A stretch of 64,000 nt of DNA from Octopus sinensis (GCF_006345805.1 NC_043013.1:53010001-53074000), one strand, 5' to 3'; positions 1 through 15,190 are shown, counted from the stretch's first letter. Made by a program: numbers and translations. The notes: generated from the sequence alone by a model not told the origin.

Positions 1-168
1 AGCGGTATTTCGTCCGTTTTAACGTTTAGAGTTCAAATTCCGCCTAGATCGACTTTGCCTTTCATCCTTTCGGGGTCGATAAATTAAGCACCAGTTGCGT
101 ACTGAGGTTGATCTAATCGACTGATCACCTCCCCCAACATTTCGGGCCTTGTCCTTAGAGTAGAAAAT
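1..168 (+). mobile_element. tRNA-derived SINE family A (cut by window start)
   Basis: B-box gagttcaaattcc and conserved core gactttgcctttcatcctttcggggtcgataaattaag. Confidence 0.85.
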
Positions 169-976
169 ATTCTTTCATTCAATAATGAAATGGTTAAGTT
201 TCTGCTGTGATATCTCAACATGCTAGAAATAATATCCAAACAGGCTTCAAATTTTATACTATTGCAATTAGAGAACGATAAGGCATTTTGAATAATGCCA
301 ATTTAATAAACCATTTGAAAAAATGATACATGGTGGTCATATCTGGAACAATTTTTATCTATAGTCAAACTGCGTATAGAGAGACACACCCATTAAACGA
401 TGCTAGTGCGAGCTATTAGGCTTCCCCACATGCAACGTGGAACGTATGGATTTTGAACTTGCTAAATAGTTGAGCAGCTGTAAAGAAGTTTAAAAATCTC
501 TACCGTAGACTTTCACACCCTACAATGCTGTTACATGGAAAACTCATTAAAATGCCAAGCACTCTTTATACTTGTTAGCAAGTGAAAGCACGTGTCTTTC
601 CAATGGTTCATCGGCTGCAGATTTAATAAACTTAAAATGATCTGACTTTGGCTGAAGGGCGGCTGTACCGAGTGCCTTAAGATTATCTATTAGTAATATC
701 TCTATTATTTATCTTTTGTGAGTGTTTCATTAATAACAAAGTATTATTGATTGGTGATAAAATAGTAAAGTATTCTCTTGAAAATATGTTCTTTTGAAAA
801 CTAAAGTTTTACAAATACGAACTGAACAAAATGGGGACGAATATATCGAAAATAAATATATTGATGTACTAATCATCCATACTAATCATACACGTACATA
901 CAGAACAAAAAATCTCTTTCACTCACTCTTTTTTTCTTTCCCTTATATATATGGGCGTGGTGTGCATATATGTGTT

Positions 977-1240
<264 letters not shown>

Positions 1241-3039
1241 TGTATACATTCACAAATACACAGAAATAGATGTTATAAAGTGAGTGGCAATACCTAAACG
1301 TGTACGAAATGAATCAATGAAAGAAGATAACAAGTTGAAGAGGAATCATTGGCAGCGATGGTGCTTTGTTGATGCATGATTCCATTTGAGGAATCAGAAG
1401 AAAATAGCTACATGATCAAAGAAGGAGAGGCACCATCCTACATTTACACATAAAGAAATTATTGTGAATTGCACTTAATGTCGGTTCATGTTTATAGGTT
1501 ATTGAATAAGTTATTGTTTTTGTTGTTGTAAATGATTTAATTAAGGAGATCGATGACAAATCATATTGCTGGGAGACATTTTTGAATTATTCGATGTGCA
1601 TTGTGTATATCTATGTGTGTGTCTGTCTCTGTGTGTGTGCTTTTGTATGTGCTTCTGTTTGCTTTCACATGCGGATTTCTGTATGTGTACCTACTTATAA
1701 TTGGGTTTATATCTACGATATTTAAGAGGATAATTAGATCGAACCCAGCACTTGACTGATAATTTATTTTATCGACCTTAATAAGCAGTATGGCGAATTT
1801 GTCATCGACAGAATTTGAGCCGAAAGCGTATCATACGTTAACGTGTGCAAGGCTATAAAGATAGAGAGAGGGGGGTAGAAGTGAATGTGTGTGTGTGTGT
1901 GTGTGCACGAGTATGTTCTCTTGTTTTTACTGTAAATTTTCGATGAAACTAAGATTGCATCCAAGGATACCTCTCTGCTGCAATATTCAAACACTGATCG
2001 ATAAATTAAGTACCAGTTGTGTACTAGCCCCTCCCCCAAACTTTCGAGCCTTGTGTCTAGAGTAGAAAAGAATTACAAGGTTTTACATGGTCATATCTGG
2101 AGCATGAACTATGAGGAGAAGACAACAACCTTTTATCTGTAAATTTTTCATTAACTTCGCTTGAACAATTCGAAACTTGTAACAAACACTTATTCCCGAC
2201 TATTTTTTCAGGACTGAAACGCGCTTCAATCCAAAAAGTATTTACTTTTTTGCAAAGCGGGACCTAACATATCCATTGTTCCCCTGAAATCTTTCTACAA
2301 GTGTCAAGGTAATTCTAATACCAATTGGGTTTTTCTTCTTTGATTAACGAAAATATCTATTGTGTGATATACCTCAACCAGTGCATCAGTCAACCTAATG
2401 ACATGGGTATTTTATTAACTGTATGATGTAATAAACCCCGGTATATATATCATAATTATGATATAATAAACCCTGATATTTATATCAGTATTGAAACGTA
2501 CACCTTTATACGTCTCAGGTAGATATCATTAAGATGTATTAAACTATTCATAAATAGACAAGCAATGTGGTCAAGAAGCGAAACAAATATTTAGATTGTT
2601 GAAAGTATTTACTTCAGGGATTCTATATATTAAGATGAGATCTAGGAACTATCTAACGTGCTTTCATCTCTCAGGGGTTTAATAAGGGTCTCTTTCAAAG
2701 CCATACGAAATTCAGTTTAGTTTTAATGCATAATCCGAAATAAATTATATTGTTTCAAACAATTTGAATATATTAATATTAGAACAGTGAATAAATGAGG
2801 TAGATGTATGTAAATCTCATCCGGTCCCTGGGGTTTTCACATTTAAACAATGCATTAGTTTGGCATTAGATAAGTCTAAGACGGTGCCGTAAATATGGAA
2901 ATTATTGATGCATCATCGCGAGATGTCATTGAAATTCTTGAGTTCAATGAAAAGATTAATTTCACAAGCGATCATTTTGGAACTTCATGTATTCTACTCG
3001 CTCACAAATTATTTGGCCCCGGTGCAATAACGTTTTGGT

Positions 3040-3255
3040 GGTGGTGATAATGGTGATGGTGGCGGTGGTGGTGGTGGTGGTTGTTGTGGAGGTTGTGGTG
3101 GTGATTGTAGTTATGATGGTGGTTGTGGTGTTGATGGTGACAATAGTAATGGTACTGGTGGTGGGGTGATGGTAATACCAGTATTAGTGGTGGTTGTGGT
3201 GATAATGGTAGTGGTGGTGGTGGTGGTTGTGGTGGTGGTGGGGCTGGAGTGGTAG
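3040..3255. repeat. Interrupted (GGT)n microsatellite
   Basis: Read directly. Confidence 0.9.
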
Positions 3256-3815
3256 TGAAACTACGTCGTTCGACGTCGAAGATTTGTTCAAGTAAATAAA
3301 TAAACCACACCTTAATTCTATTGCAAGTGGCTGAGTATTTAATGGATACAAGTATTCTTGAGTTATTTCTCTGGCATGGCAGAAACTGCATGACAAGTTA
3401 TGAGACAATAGTGTTCCTTTGAAATCAGAGTTATAACCGTACGACGGATTTCTATATAAATTCACTCAAAACGCATGGATTTACTTGATCATAAAGAAAG
3501 TGGCATGAACTTGGAGTCTCCTGAAGGTGGGGTATTATTAGACATTCGGTCACACTATACTCTAGTATAAATACGTTTATTTATAAAAAAAAACTACTTT
3601 TTACTAGGAACTGAACCAGAAAATTTAAATATATATTTTTTTATTTGGATAATTACAATGCTGCATTATGAATCAGAGAACAGATTAATACACAAACATA
3701 TATATATACACACACAAGCTTACACATATGCAAATATAGATAAATATGGACGTCCACCCACAGATATGTTTATGTGTTTGTGTATATATATATATCTATC
3801 TACCTATATACATAC

Positions 3816-3847
<32 letters not shown>

Positions 3848-4520
3848 ATATATATATATATGTGGTGTGTGGTGTGTGTGTGTGTGTGTTTGTGTGTGTG
3901 TGTATGTATATATATATATGTTGGAGGGCCTTGCTTGGAGTGCGTTTGATGCTGACAGGCCTGATATATAAGTATTGACAAGGGGTAAACAACAACAGTG
4001 AAAAAAGCAGTCTGCCCTTATTTCATCAACACCAAAAACGAAGAAAATTTGACAGGTTGAGAAACTTGATTTACACTTCATGGCACATTTCAATAACACA
4101 ATAGAAGTGTGAGAAACCAATATGAGATGGAAAGATAGAAAGAGAGGGATGAAAAAGGTGTGTAATCAATTCTTGAGGTCTTTGTATATAGTCTTATGGG
4201 AATAAAAAATATTTGTAGTTTGAGACTACTTTCTCGTTTTCAACTTTGTAATAGTCATGAAAAATAGACAAAAAACAGTTTTAATCGATTCATAAAAGTG
4301 AAGTGGATTCAAGCAACTTTGATGGGACTCATTCGAACAACACGCGGTTACTAGCTGAGAGGTATGGGAATTCTGATGATATCGTCTCGAAAACTTATAT
4401 TGGCTTAAGCATGTCAGCGTCCTTTGTGTGTCTCTGTGAGTTTTTCCCTAAATTACATTGTCGTCTCTGAACCTGATTATCATTAATTATCCCTCCCAGC
4501 TCTCTGTCTGTCTGTCTCTC

Positions 4521-4585
<65 letters not shown>

Positions 4586-4587
<2 letters not shown>

Positions 4588-4872
4588 CACCGTGACCGAC
4601 CAGGTTATCAGATGTTGCTACACATCGCTGGTCACATTGCGCTTCGCATCGTTTCAGCCTCCAAATGACGCTAAGCGAGCAGGCCAACAGAAGAAAGTGT
4701 GAGAGAAAGTTGTGGCGAAAGTGTACAGCAGGGATCGTCCACCCCACTGCCGGAGCCTCGTGAAGCTTTACGTATTTTCGCTCAACAAACACTCACAATG
4801 CCAAATCGGGGAATCGAAACGGCGATCCTACGACCGCGAGTCCGCTGACCTAAACACTGGGCCATTGCTCCA
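4586..4872 (-). mobile_element. tRNA-derived SINE family C (tail type 1)
   Basis: Reverse-complement head gcaatggcccagtgtttaggtcagcggactcgcggtcg, B-box gtttcgattcc, body aaagcttcacgaggctccggcag. Confidence 0.85.
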
Positions 4873-5013
4873 CACACACACACGCTACACACACGCATAA
4901 CACGTATATATATATATATATATATACAGATACATACTTACATCATACATACATACAACATCATACATACAATACTATATACATACATACATACATACAC
5001 ACACATATTATAT

Positions 5014-5055
<42 letters not shown>

Positions 5056-5203
5056 GTGAAATAGAAAGATGAATAATCTTGTTGCAGATTAATCAAAAGT
5101 TTAACCGATACCTTGGTAGCAAAAATCACAGCAGAAGAAGCACACGGTTGGAGGTACAACCATATGGTAGCAAAAATGACAGCAGAAGAAAGCACGGTTG
5201 CAA

Positions 5204-5236
<33 letters not shown>

Positions 5237-5459
5237 AAATAAGAAATACACTTTGCCCATATAATACAGTAAATGAATTAATTGCATCGCAATTCTTAAC
5301 ATTTATGTATTAACTTTGTTCGGTGCTTTACTAGCAGTATATTGGATATATGTTATGCCATGGAGGGTTGCACTTACAACACCTATCTCAATTTGTATAT
5401 ATATATATATATTATATATATATATATATATATTATATTTAAGGTAAGAAAACACATGA

Positions 5460-5770
5460 TGAAGAAAGATGAAGGAACAAGAAGCAGGTGTATTAGTTTA
5501 ACACTCGGGTACAATTGAAAGGTATTTGACATTTCGAACCTACGCACTTCAACAGAAAGTATTGAGAGAAAGAAAATGAAATTATATCGAAAAATAAACA
5601 AAGAGATATGCAAGGATTAGCCGCAAAAGATTTTTTCCTTCTCACTCTGTTTATTTTCTCGTGTTCTTTTTTGTTGATGAGCATAGGCTCGAAACGTTAA
5701 AGACTTTCTTATATATCCGAGCGTTAAACTAATACACCTGTTCGTTGTCTATACACCAGTCTTCGTCTTC
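5460..5770. mobile_element. Degenerate inverted-repeat (Penelope pLTR-like) unit
   Basis: Arms gcaggtgtattagtttaacactcgg...cgaacctacgcacttcaacag and ttgatgagcataggctcgaaacgttaaagac...ccgagcgttaaactaatacacctg are diverged reverse complements; each carries a TGANGA..CTCGAAACGT hammerhead-like relic. Confidence 0.6.
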
Positions 5771-5791
5771 TGTTATTTTGTAAATTCCAGC

Positions 5792-5895
<104 letters not shown>

Positions 5896-6500
5896 ATATA
5901 TGTTTTGTATTTGAGTTGAGTGTGTGTGTGTGCAAGCATTATGTATATAATTCATGTTTCTTTTCCTCTTAGCGTGAAACTACTAATACACCCTATCAAT
6001 TCATCCGTCACCTCTCCGTGACATTATATTATTTTCTTTTTGACTATAAATATATACATACAGACGTATATCTGTGTGTTTGCTTGTTTGTATGCGTTTG
6101 TGAGTATGTTTTGTGCGCGTGTATGTATGTGTGCGTGTGTCTGTGGACAGATCTACGCAAATGTCCCTTATTTAAGTTAAATTCCGTATTATGATCGTTT
6201 AGTTTTCTAATATATTCTAAAGTATTTTATGTCCAATGTTTCAGGAAGAGAACATTATACACATTGAATGAATAACAGCGAAAGCAAAACAATAAATGTC
6301 TTTATTGGAGGAGACTTTTACGCTTATACATATATACATACATATATATACTTACATATATGCATGCACATACTTACATTTACGCTTATACACACATACA
6401 TAAAAACATATCTCTCTATATATACATATATACATATATACATACTTATACATACATTTATACATATACATATAGAGAGAGAGATAAAGTTATAAATGTC

Positions 6501-6557
<57 letters not shown>

Positions 6558-6598
6558 GTAGAGAAATAGATATGCGCATATATGCATATATACTTATA

Positions 6599-6640
<42 letters not shown>

Positions 6641-7513
6641 TATACACATCTGTAAGACTTCTATATCTATTTATCTGTGTAACTATGTATAACATATATA
6701 TGTTGATATGTGTGTGTATGTAACGTATCAGTGTTTTTCTATACATAATTCATAGTACAACACACCTGTACACACACAGACATGCACACACATACACACA
6801 CACACACGTATATATGTATGTGTGTTTGTGTCTCTATGTGTGTATATATATATATACATATGTGTCTGTTGTGTGTGTGTATTTATTAAATATATGCACA
6901 GAGGCGTAAAGTGTCTGTTTTTCAATAGTGTTATGATTGTATTTAAAGGGGCTTGCAAGTATATGCTAATATTTTTTCTTATTACTGTCTCTATTAAGTG
7001 AAGTGAAATAATATTGTAATAAAAGATAAATATCTACAACTATCTACGCACTTCTAATATTGGTTTTGTATAGATAGCTATACATATGTATTGTTCCACA
7101 GTCGAATAGTTTAGATGTTCTCAGCGCATCGAGATATTTCAGATTCGAAACCAACAGAGGTTATGTAAGTTTGTTTCTTTTACCTTATTATAGCCCAAGA
7201 AACACCCAATGATTCTGAGATTGTCAATATTTCTGCTCGCTTTCGCAGGAGTGGCATGATCGTCCCAGCTTCTTTTTACCCGTTCATATACGAACTATTA
7301 AGATGGAGTTTATATGAAAGACAGTTTTTGCGCAAGAATGATTAGTTAGAAATGCATAGATATCTATGCACACTTTTAGCTACAGTGAAGAAAATTTACA
7401 AAACTCACTTTGCAAAACAATATATATAATGTATATCGATATATGCCTGTATCCATATATTTGCACATTAGTACAAATATGCATGATATGTATATATACG
7501 TGTATACATACAT

Positions 7514-7544
<31 letters not shown>

Positions 7545-7903
7545 GATGTGTGTGTGTGTGTGTTATATATATATATATAATATATATATATATTTATATA
7601 TACATCTATATTATATATATATATTTATATATACATATATATAATATATATTATATATATATATATATATGAATAAATGAAAGAATGGAGTCGAACGAAG
7701 ATGTTAACAAAATCCTTTACTCTCGACGTGAATAATATATATATATATATATATATGAATATGTATGTATGTATATGTGTATGTATATGTATGTATGTAT
7801 TGTTTTCTGACGTGAATTTGCTACCCAGGTTTCGGTTAAACGAATTTTCTATGCTGACGATAAACATAGAATAATTCATTCACCTACTTAAATATATATG
7901 TGT

Positions 7904-7941
<38 letters not shown>

Positions 7942-8369
7942 AATGTGTGTGTGCGTTTGTGGGGAGTGAGAGAGACGAGAGAAAGAAAGAGAGGGATACA
8001 GGGAGAAGGACAATGACCAAGAGAGAGAGAGACAGACAGACATATATTAGCGACATTGCACGTACAGACATCAAGTCTTAAAGACATACATATATCAGTG
8101 AGGTTTAGAGTCGCCTGTAATTTATGTTGCCTTGATATGTCTTCAATTCCTAAAAATATATCAAATTCATGAACGCACGCGCGCGCGCAGAGTCTACACA
8201 CACACACAAACAGACACCACATTCACAAACAGACACCAAATTCACATGTTTACGACGTTAAATGACGAAGAATCGGCATTTTAATACGAATTTATTCTGT
8301 AATGGTGAGGAACTTTGCCAAGCGAAGAATAGCCAGATTATGCCTGTATTGGTTATAATTCCGTGTGCG

Positions 8370-8411
<42 letters not shown>

Positions 8412-8693
8412 TTGCATGTGTGTTTTTGTGTGTATGTGCACTTGTATGTGTGTGTGTTAGTGAGTACGTATACATGCCTATACATACATACATACACACA
8501 CACACATATATATATATATATACAGATATATAAATATATATACATATATATATACACGCTATATATATATGTATATAATATATACGTATATATATATATA
8601 TACATATATATACAAACATACATATGTATGTTATATATAATATATATAATATACACATATATATGTGTGTGCGTGTGTGTGTATATATATATA

Positions 8694-8739
<46 letters not shown>

Positions 8740-9525
8740 TTTAATAGTGTGGATAACGCCTTCCTAAACAAATCATTTATTGTAACTAGGAAATATAGCT
8801 TATAACTTTTTTTAACGTTGGCATCTCTGGAGTTCTTTTTTTGTTTGTGACTAACATGGTAATGGAGTTACACTTTCCTCCATTTTGATTTAGTCGTCTT
8901 TCCGTTTTATTCTTGGCTTGTTTTTGTTTGTATTTAGATTGACAAGTAATAATATTTTATGCGATTACAAAGGTCAGTAACCTCAGTAAAGTATTGTTGA
9001 CTTTTTTGTCTCGTATTTGTTTTAAATATCTCATATGTATAGGCCGTATTTGTATATATTTTGGCATGGGGATTCTTTTTTTCCACATCGTAAATATAAT
9101 TGAACTCCTGTAGATATACGCACATCCACACACACACACGCACACACACACACACACATGTATATATATATATGCACATATATATATATTTATCTTGTCA
9201 TATAAATGAGTTTGTTTATAATTGCGTGTCTATGCATTATTATCAACGTATATATATATGCACATATACTTTCACATATATATTTATACTTACATGCATA
9301 CATGTGTGTATGTATATATATATAAATATATATTTGCTGTAGCCTGTGAGTACAAGCTCATGCATATATGTGCATTTAAGTTCTTGAGTAGATTTATAGA
9401 TTTATAAATGTATGTGTGTATGCCTATGCGTGTGTGCACGCGTTCATGTGTATGCATTTACATGCATGTGTATATATATATATTTATATACATACATACA
9501 TACGTATATTTATAATTATACAAAT

Positions 9526-9558
<33 letters not shown>

Positions 9559-9727
9559 ATATACATACATATATATATATGTGTGTGTGTGTGTGTGTCT
9601 GTGTTTCTGTCTGTGTATGTAAGTATAAATACATGTATACTTATCTGCATGCCTGCATATTAATGCTTATAAATACTCGATTGCACTGGAATTCATTTAT
9701 GCATTAATCAACGCATATATACATACG

Positions 9728-9836
<109 letters not shown>

Positions 9837-10639
9837 CATACATACATGTATGTATATATATGCGCATGTGTGTGCATGTGTTATATATATATATATTTAC
9901 TTACAGAGAGAGTGAGAGGCAGAGGGAGAGCGAGAGAGTGAGAGACGAGAGTGGGCAGAGAAGGTTTCAGATTGACATGGGAGTAAGAGGAGAAAAAGAA
10001 GTTGAGAGAATGAATAGAGAGAAAATGGTTCACAAATGAAATGCCGATAATTATTTGGCCAGCCGGAATCCGACGCGCTTGCGCGAATCCATTCCGGTAT
10101 TATCAACATCGCGTGATAAAATGATAAATTGATAAAATTACTTCTCGTGAGAGTCCTTGCTCATATTTCTATCTTAGTCTTCGGAAATTTACTTCATTTG
10201 TTCCATTCATAATTAACCTCATGCTGGGAAGTTCAGCTACCGGGAATAACATGGAAGCAAGCAAGGCAAAGAAACAAAAAAAATAAAATCACGAACCGAC
10301 GTTAACTGGAATGAGATTTTAAGTTTTTCGCTCAATCAGTCAGTCTTTGGCGTTTATTTATTTTTCCCAGTCGATGGTTGTTCATTTTCTTCGCGAAAAA
10401 ATCCGTGAAAGCTGGAGCATTACTTTAAAGACAATATAATGTATTATTGGTTTGTTAGTCATTACAGCACTTTCTCTATTCTTCTCTTCCTCCCACTTTC
10501 TCTCTATTCCTTTCTTTCTAGCCTTTCCCATTCGAGCATCATCATCATCATCATTTCGCGCCTCTGTGTGTACATGTTAATATATATATGTTAATATATG
10601 CATACATACATATATACATACATAAATACATACATACAT

Positions 10640-10718
<79 letters not shown>

Positions 10719-10842
10719 ACAATTAAGGATAACTTCTTAATAAGGGATCTTAACAAGAAATCATCAGGTAGTTAGCGTGAAAACCTCATAAAAGAAAAGA
10801 ATTCGAAAATAATTTTTTTCCTTTGAACAAATTAATTATATC

Positions 10843-11249
10843 TATATTGTATAGAGGGCATTAATACACATAAATGCCTCACACTAAGAGGGACAAAGTC
10901 ATTACTACCAAGATTACACTAATCATACCTAAATGCAGTTCTTCAAAGCAAGATATTTAAAAAATGAATTTAGTTCTGTATCACCGTGATTTCACATTTA
11001 ACTTACGTCTTATGATCCTCAGCAGAACTGATTCTGAACACATCATAAATAAACCACCAACCTTACCTAGCGAAGACGAACAAACATCTATTCACTCCGG
11101 CCAAGCACATGGAATGTTTATAAATCATATATTCGGTAAATGGTAGGCTTTTTCGAACTGCATGTCGGGTAGGAACAAATTTGGTAGTAATGACTTTGTC
11201 CCTCTTAGTGTGAGGCATTTATGTGTATTAATGCCCTCTATACAATATA
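10843..11249. mobile_element. Foldback unit: perfect 69-bp inverted repeats around a 269-bp hammerhead-containing spacer
   Basis: 10843-10911 is the exact reverse complement of 11181-11249 (compared base by base). Penelope origin is an inference. Confidence 0.75.
10972..11029 (-). ncRNA. Type I hammerhead ribozyme candidate (HHR-1)
   Basis: Minus strand reads AGTTCTG-CTGAGGA-TCATAAGACGTAAGTTAAATGT-GAAA-TCACGGTGAT-A-CAGAACT. Helix I is a perfect 7 bp (AGTTCTG/CAGAACT), core CUGANGA and GAAA are intact, helix III is the near-palindrome ATCAC-G-GTGAT, cleavage triplet AUA. One deviation: the helix II closing pair is U.U (CAT/ATG pair beneath it). Confidence 0.7.
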
Positions 11250-11676
11250 TATATATATATATATATAAACGCACACATACACACGCAGAACAAGCGAGAG
11301 CGACAAAAGAGAGAAAGAAATAGACAGACAGATAGATAGAAAAATAGGCAAGAAAATACGTACGTACTTATACATGCACATTTTTACATGTGTGTGTATA
11401 TATATATATATATGTATATACATACATATATGTATATATATATATGTATATATATACATACATATATGTATATATATATATATATCCATATATATATGCA
11501 TATATTTATTTGTTATACATACACACACGCACACATAAATGTATGTATACTCACATGCATACATCTCTCTGTCAGTCGCCATTTTGTCTTCACTCCTAAC
11601 ATTTGATATTAATTAAAAATGACAAAATTTTCTTCGCTCACATTTCGTTTTGCCATACATACTTTGTGTCTTATTA

Positions 11677-11677
11677 T

Positions 11678-11751
<74 letters not shown>

Positions 11752-11790
11752 TATCATCATCATCATTATCATTATCATTATTATAATAAT
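11677..11790. repeat. (ATC)n grading into (ATT)n
   Basis: Read directly. Confidence 0.95.
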
Positions 11791-14700
11791 TTTTTTTTGT
11801 GAGAGGGCGATGAAGAGATAGATAACGTTTCTCTCAGTTGCACCCTTGTAAGCGAAGTCTTATGAATTTGTTTACGATGACAGCAACAGAAATGCAGCAG
11901 CAGCAGCAGCAGAAGAAGAAGAAGAACGTAAAGACAGACGAAATACCGCTCGTCCGGCGTGCTTACCATTCTGCCAGCTCACCACCTTAACGCCGAAATA
12001 AAATATTAGGAAATAAAATATGTTTGTGTTGGCGAACGATCCCTGACGAAGTCAACATTAACTGGTCAGAAACTGTCTTGTCTCCTTACAATATACTTTC
12101 TTTGTCTTTGTTCTTTCCTATAATATTATGAGAAATAATTTTGTCAACTACAGACAACTCCGAGAAAGATGAAATAATGATCGAAATCAGGTATTTGATT
12201 GATACGTTATTATCGATTCCGAAGTAACAAATCGTCTCTGCTTTGTCTTAGAAAAAGAAATCAATATGAAGTCGTCCTTACAGCAAAAAGCCATTCATAG
12301 GTAATTATAATCTATTGAACATCTTATAGATTTGTTTCAACACTCAATAAGTTTGTACTGTTTCACATTTAATTATATCAATCATAGTGTTATGGATGAA
12401 GTCCTCCGCCAATTTCAGCAATACGAATTTAGCTGTTTGACACACCGATCGTGTACGTAATCCACTCTTCCTTAGACACATGTTCCCTTCAGGTATTTCT
12501 CGTACAGTTTCAAGATGGTGCCGTTGGCTCTATAAGTGAATTATCTCTTTACAAGCTCTTCAGATGTATGGGCTTGTAACAAATTCCTACTTTCACTGAA
12601 ACGTTATTTGAAGACTGGAGGCCATTGTAAATAGGCTAAGATAAACTTAGAACATTTTCTGCCCCACTGGTGCCATGCAGTGTACTTTTGGGGACATGCT
12701 CCGTACCTAAGGTACCATGAAGCTGGATTTCAGCTCGAGATACTTTGGTTGCGAAAGCAAACTTCTTAAGTTTTCGGTCATTTTACAGAAAGTCTTTTAC
12801 AATATCCTATCGCTACCCTTTAGAAAACAAAACATATCGTTGCTCACATTATTAAATAAAATGATCGATTGACTGATGGCCTTAAATGAATCACGGACAG
12901 ATATCCTGGACTGCACCCAGAGAAAGTCTGTTTCCTATTAAATCACTAACAGGTACGCTCCAGTTTCTGGCCCCCAGATGTGCTGTCTCCTCTTTCTGTC
13001 TTTTGTCATGTAACTATAATGGCCTCGGTTACTTGGAAGTAGTTGGTCTTCACTCGGGAATCCTGCGATCCATTCGTCCCACTAATATTTCACCTAGTTG
13101 GTGAAATCAACCCTACCACATTAGGCGCAGTTCTTCCTTCTTTGAACATCGTACCGCAAGTATCTTCTTTCTGCCAACGTTTTTCCTGTAGTAGTCTGTA
13201 ACAGTTTAAAAAGGACATTAGCAACATCTGGTTCACCAACATTGGACGCCCTGCAAAGATTACAGGCACTGCCCTTTCTCTAGATTAAGCATCTAAAATA
13301 GCCATCTTTGACACAGTCCACATACTATGTCGGGGACTTTAAATTAAATAGCAGAATTAATTCGTTAAAATTGATTCGAATACAATAGAGCAGAAATCGA
13401 ATTATCGATGACCACCGGACACATTCTTCAACATTACTGCTGTTATATCTCTACAATGTTTCTAGAAATTCCAGTACCATTTCAATAGACAGATATTGTG
13501 GGTTTTAATGTTTATGCCTGTTTGGAAGATAGAGGAACTGTGAAGCTGTAACGTTCGTGCCTCTCCCAATGGCCATGCTATTGTTAGTAAAGAAAATGAA
13601 AAAATTCAATAAAAATTTTAAATAAAATGGCCATTAGGATTCACAGTTGATGTTTCATCACTGATCGATGGTGATCCAAAAGAGTTTTCCATCCGTGGCC
13701 ATCCTCACTTACTTATATATCTGTGGCTACTTTATGGAATCTATCGTTCATTTTTAAAGTCAAAGAATATGATCTGAGGAATATGAGGCGATTATTTCTT
13801 GCAGCTTGTACCAGCACAGTGAGAGTCTCTCGTTGACTATGGTACCAGGTAAAAAAATTTCTTGTTAGTTCGTTGTCAATTTTTTTCTCGCCCTATGACT
13901 TCACTATATATGTGATCGAAATTAATCCATTTGTGACCACCCCCTCTGTTGTATCCTTGAATATATTATCAATTTTTATGGTGTTGTTTTTTTTACTTTT
14001 ATTTATCGAAAAAAGCTGAGGAATATTTACTGCTATTTATTTTTAGCAGAAAGCATCGGGACTTCATCGAGATTATACTAGTTGCTCGATAGTTGCTACT
14101 TTATTAATATTCTATATAATAGCAATATGGAAACGAAAATATATTTAAAAAAATAGAAAAAACCCTTCCCGCAAGAAAAAATAATAATAAAAAACAACAC
14201 AACTATTTTCCGATTATATATGAGATGTTAAGATGTAAAGCTAATCTTCATTTCTTAGCAGGAAGCTCGTAGAGACACTTGAGAATACTTAAGATAAAGG
14301 AAAACTTAGCGATCGTTCTGACGTTGGAGATAGCCTCTGAAAGAAGTCGTAAGATTGTAAAAACTGGATTGCATTGTAATATTAAAGAGACAGAAGTGTT
14401 ATTCTAACTACATACTGCTTCTTATCAGTTATGCTGATTATTATCTTAAGCAAGTAATTAAATGCCAATTGAAAACTGGCAAGTAAAATATATTGTTTCG
14501 TCTGTGCCTCATTCATTCTTAGATAATATTTTTTCTGTTTGGTTTGGTATTTATTCTTGTGTTCTTGCTGTATGCACACATCACCCACATAGTCACGCAA
14601 ACACACGCATATTCGTAAGAACACGCACGCATAGTCACACGAACATAAACACACACACAGATATATGTAGGGATGCACGCAAAAGCACCAGCTACATATT

Positions 14701-15127
14701 TTCCTCGCTCTCGCCTACAATTCACCCCTCCCTCATACTCATTCACTTCTCCCTTCTCTCCGTCTCTCTCTCTCTCTTTCTCCCCCCGCTCTCTCTCTCT
14801 CTCTGTTTCACTCTCTCTCTCCCTCTCCAAAGCTCTCAGATTATTTCTATTCTTGTATTGTCATGTAAGTAAAAGGTTTTTCAAGTTTATTTCGGAATCT
14901 GCATGACAGCGTGTTTTCTTACTACAGTGGACGCACTCACCCATCACACACTCTCACAAACACACGAATGCACAGAGAATCTTAATCACATACACGTCCA
15001 AACGCATGAAGCATACAGCACATGCATACATACATACATACATACATACATACATACATACATACATACATACATACATACATACATACCTACAAATATA
15101 TATATATATATATTGAAGTATGTATAC

Positions 15128-15190
<63 letters not shown>

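Noticed and set aside
2212-2308. Apparent exon with ttttttcag acceptor and AAG/gtaatt donor
   Set aside because: All three frames contain stops; no support as a coding exon (a non-coding exon is not excluded).
3002-3465. His/Pro-rich ORFs
   Set aside because: Produced by the (GGT)n tract; no splice or domain support.
5113-5200. 51-bp-period local duplication (tggtagcaaaaat.acagcagaagaa)
   Set aside because: Two-copy slippage-type duplication with no further structure.
7825-7875. Hairpin TTCTATG-CTGACGA-TAAA-CATAGAA and nearby GAAAC-CTGG-GTA on the minus strand
   Set aside because: The core halves are on opposite strands or missing; at best a relic.
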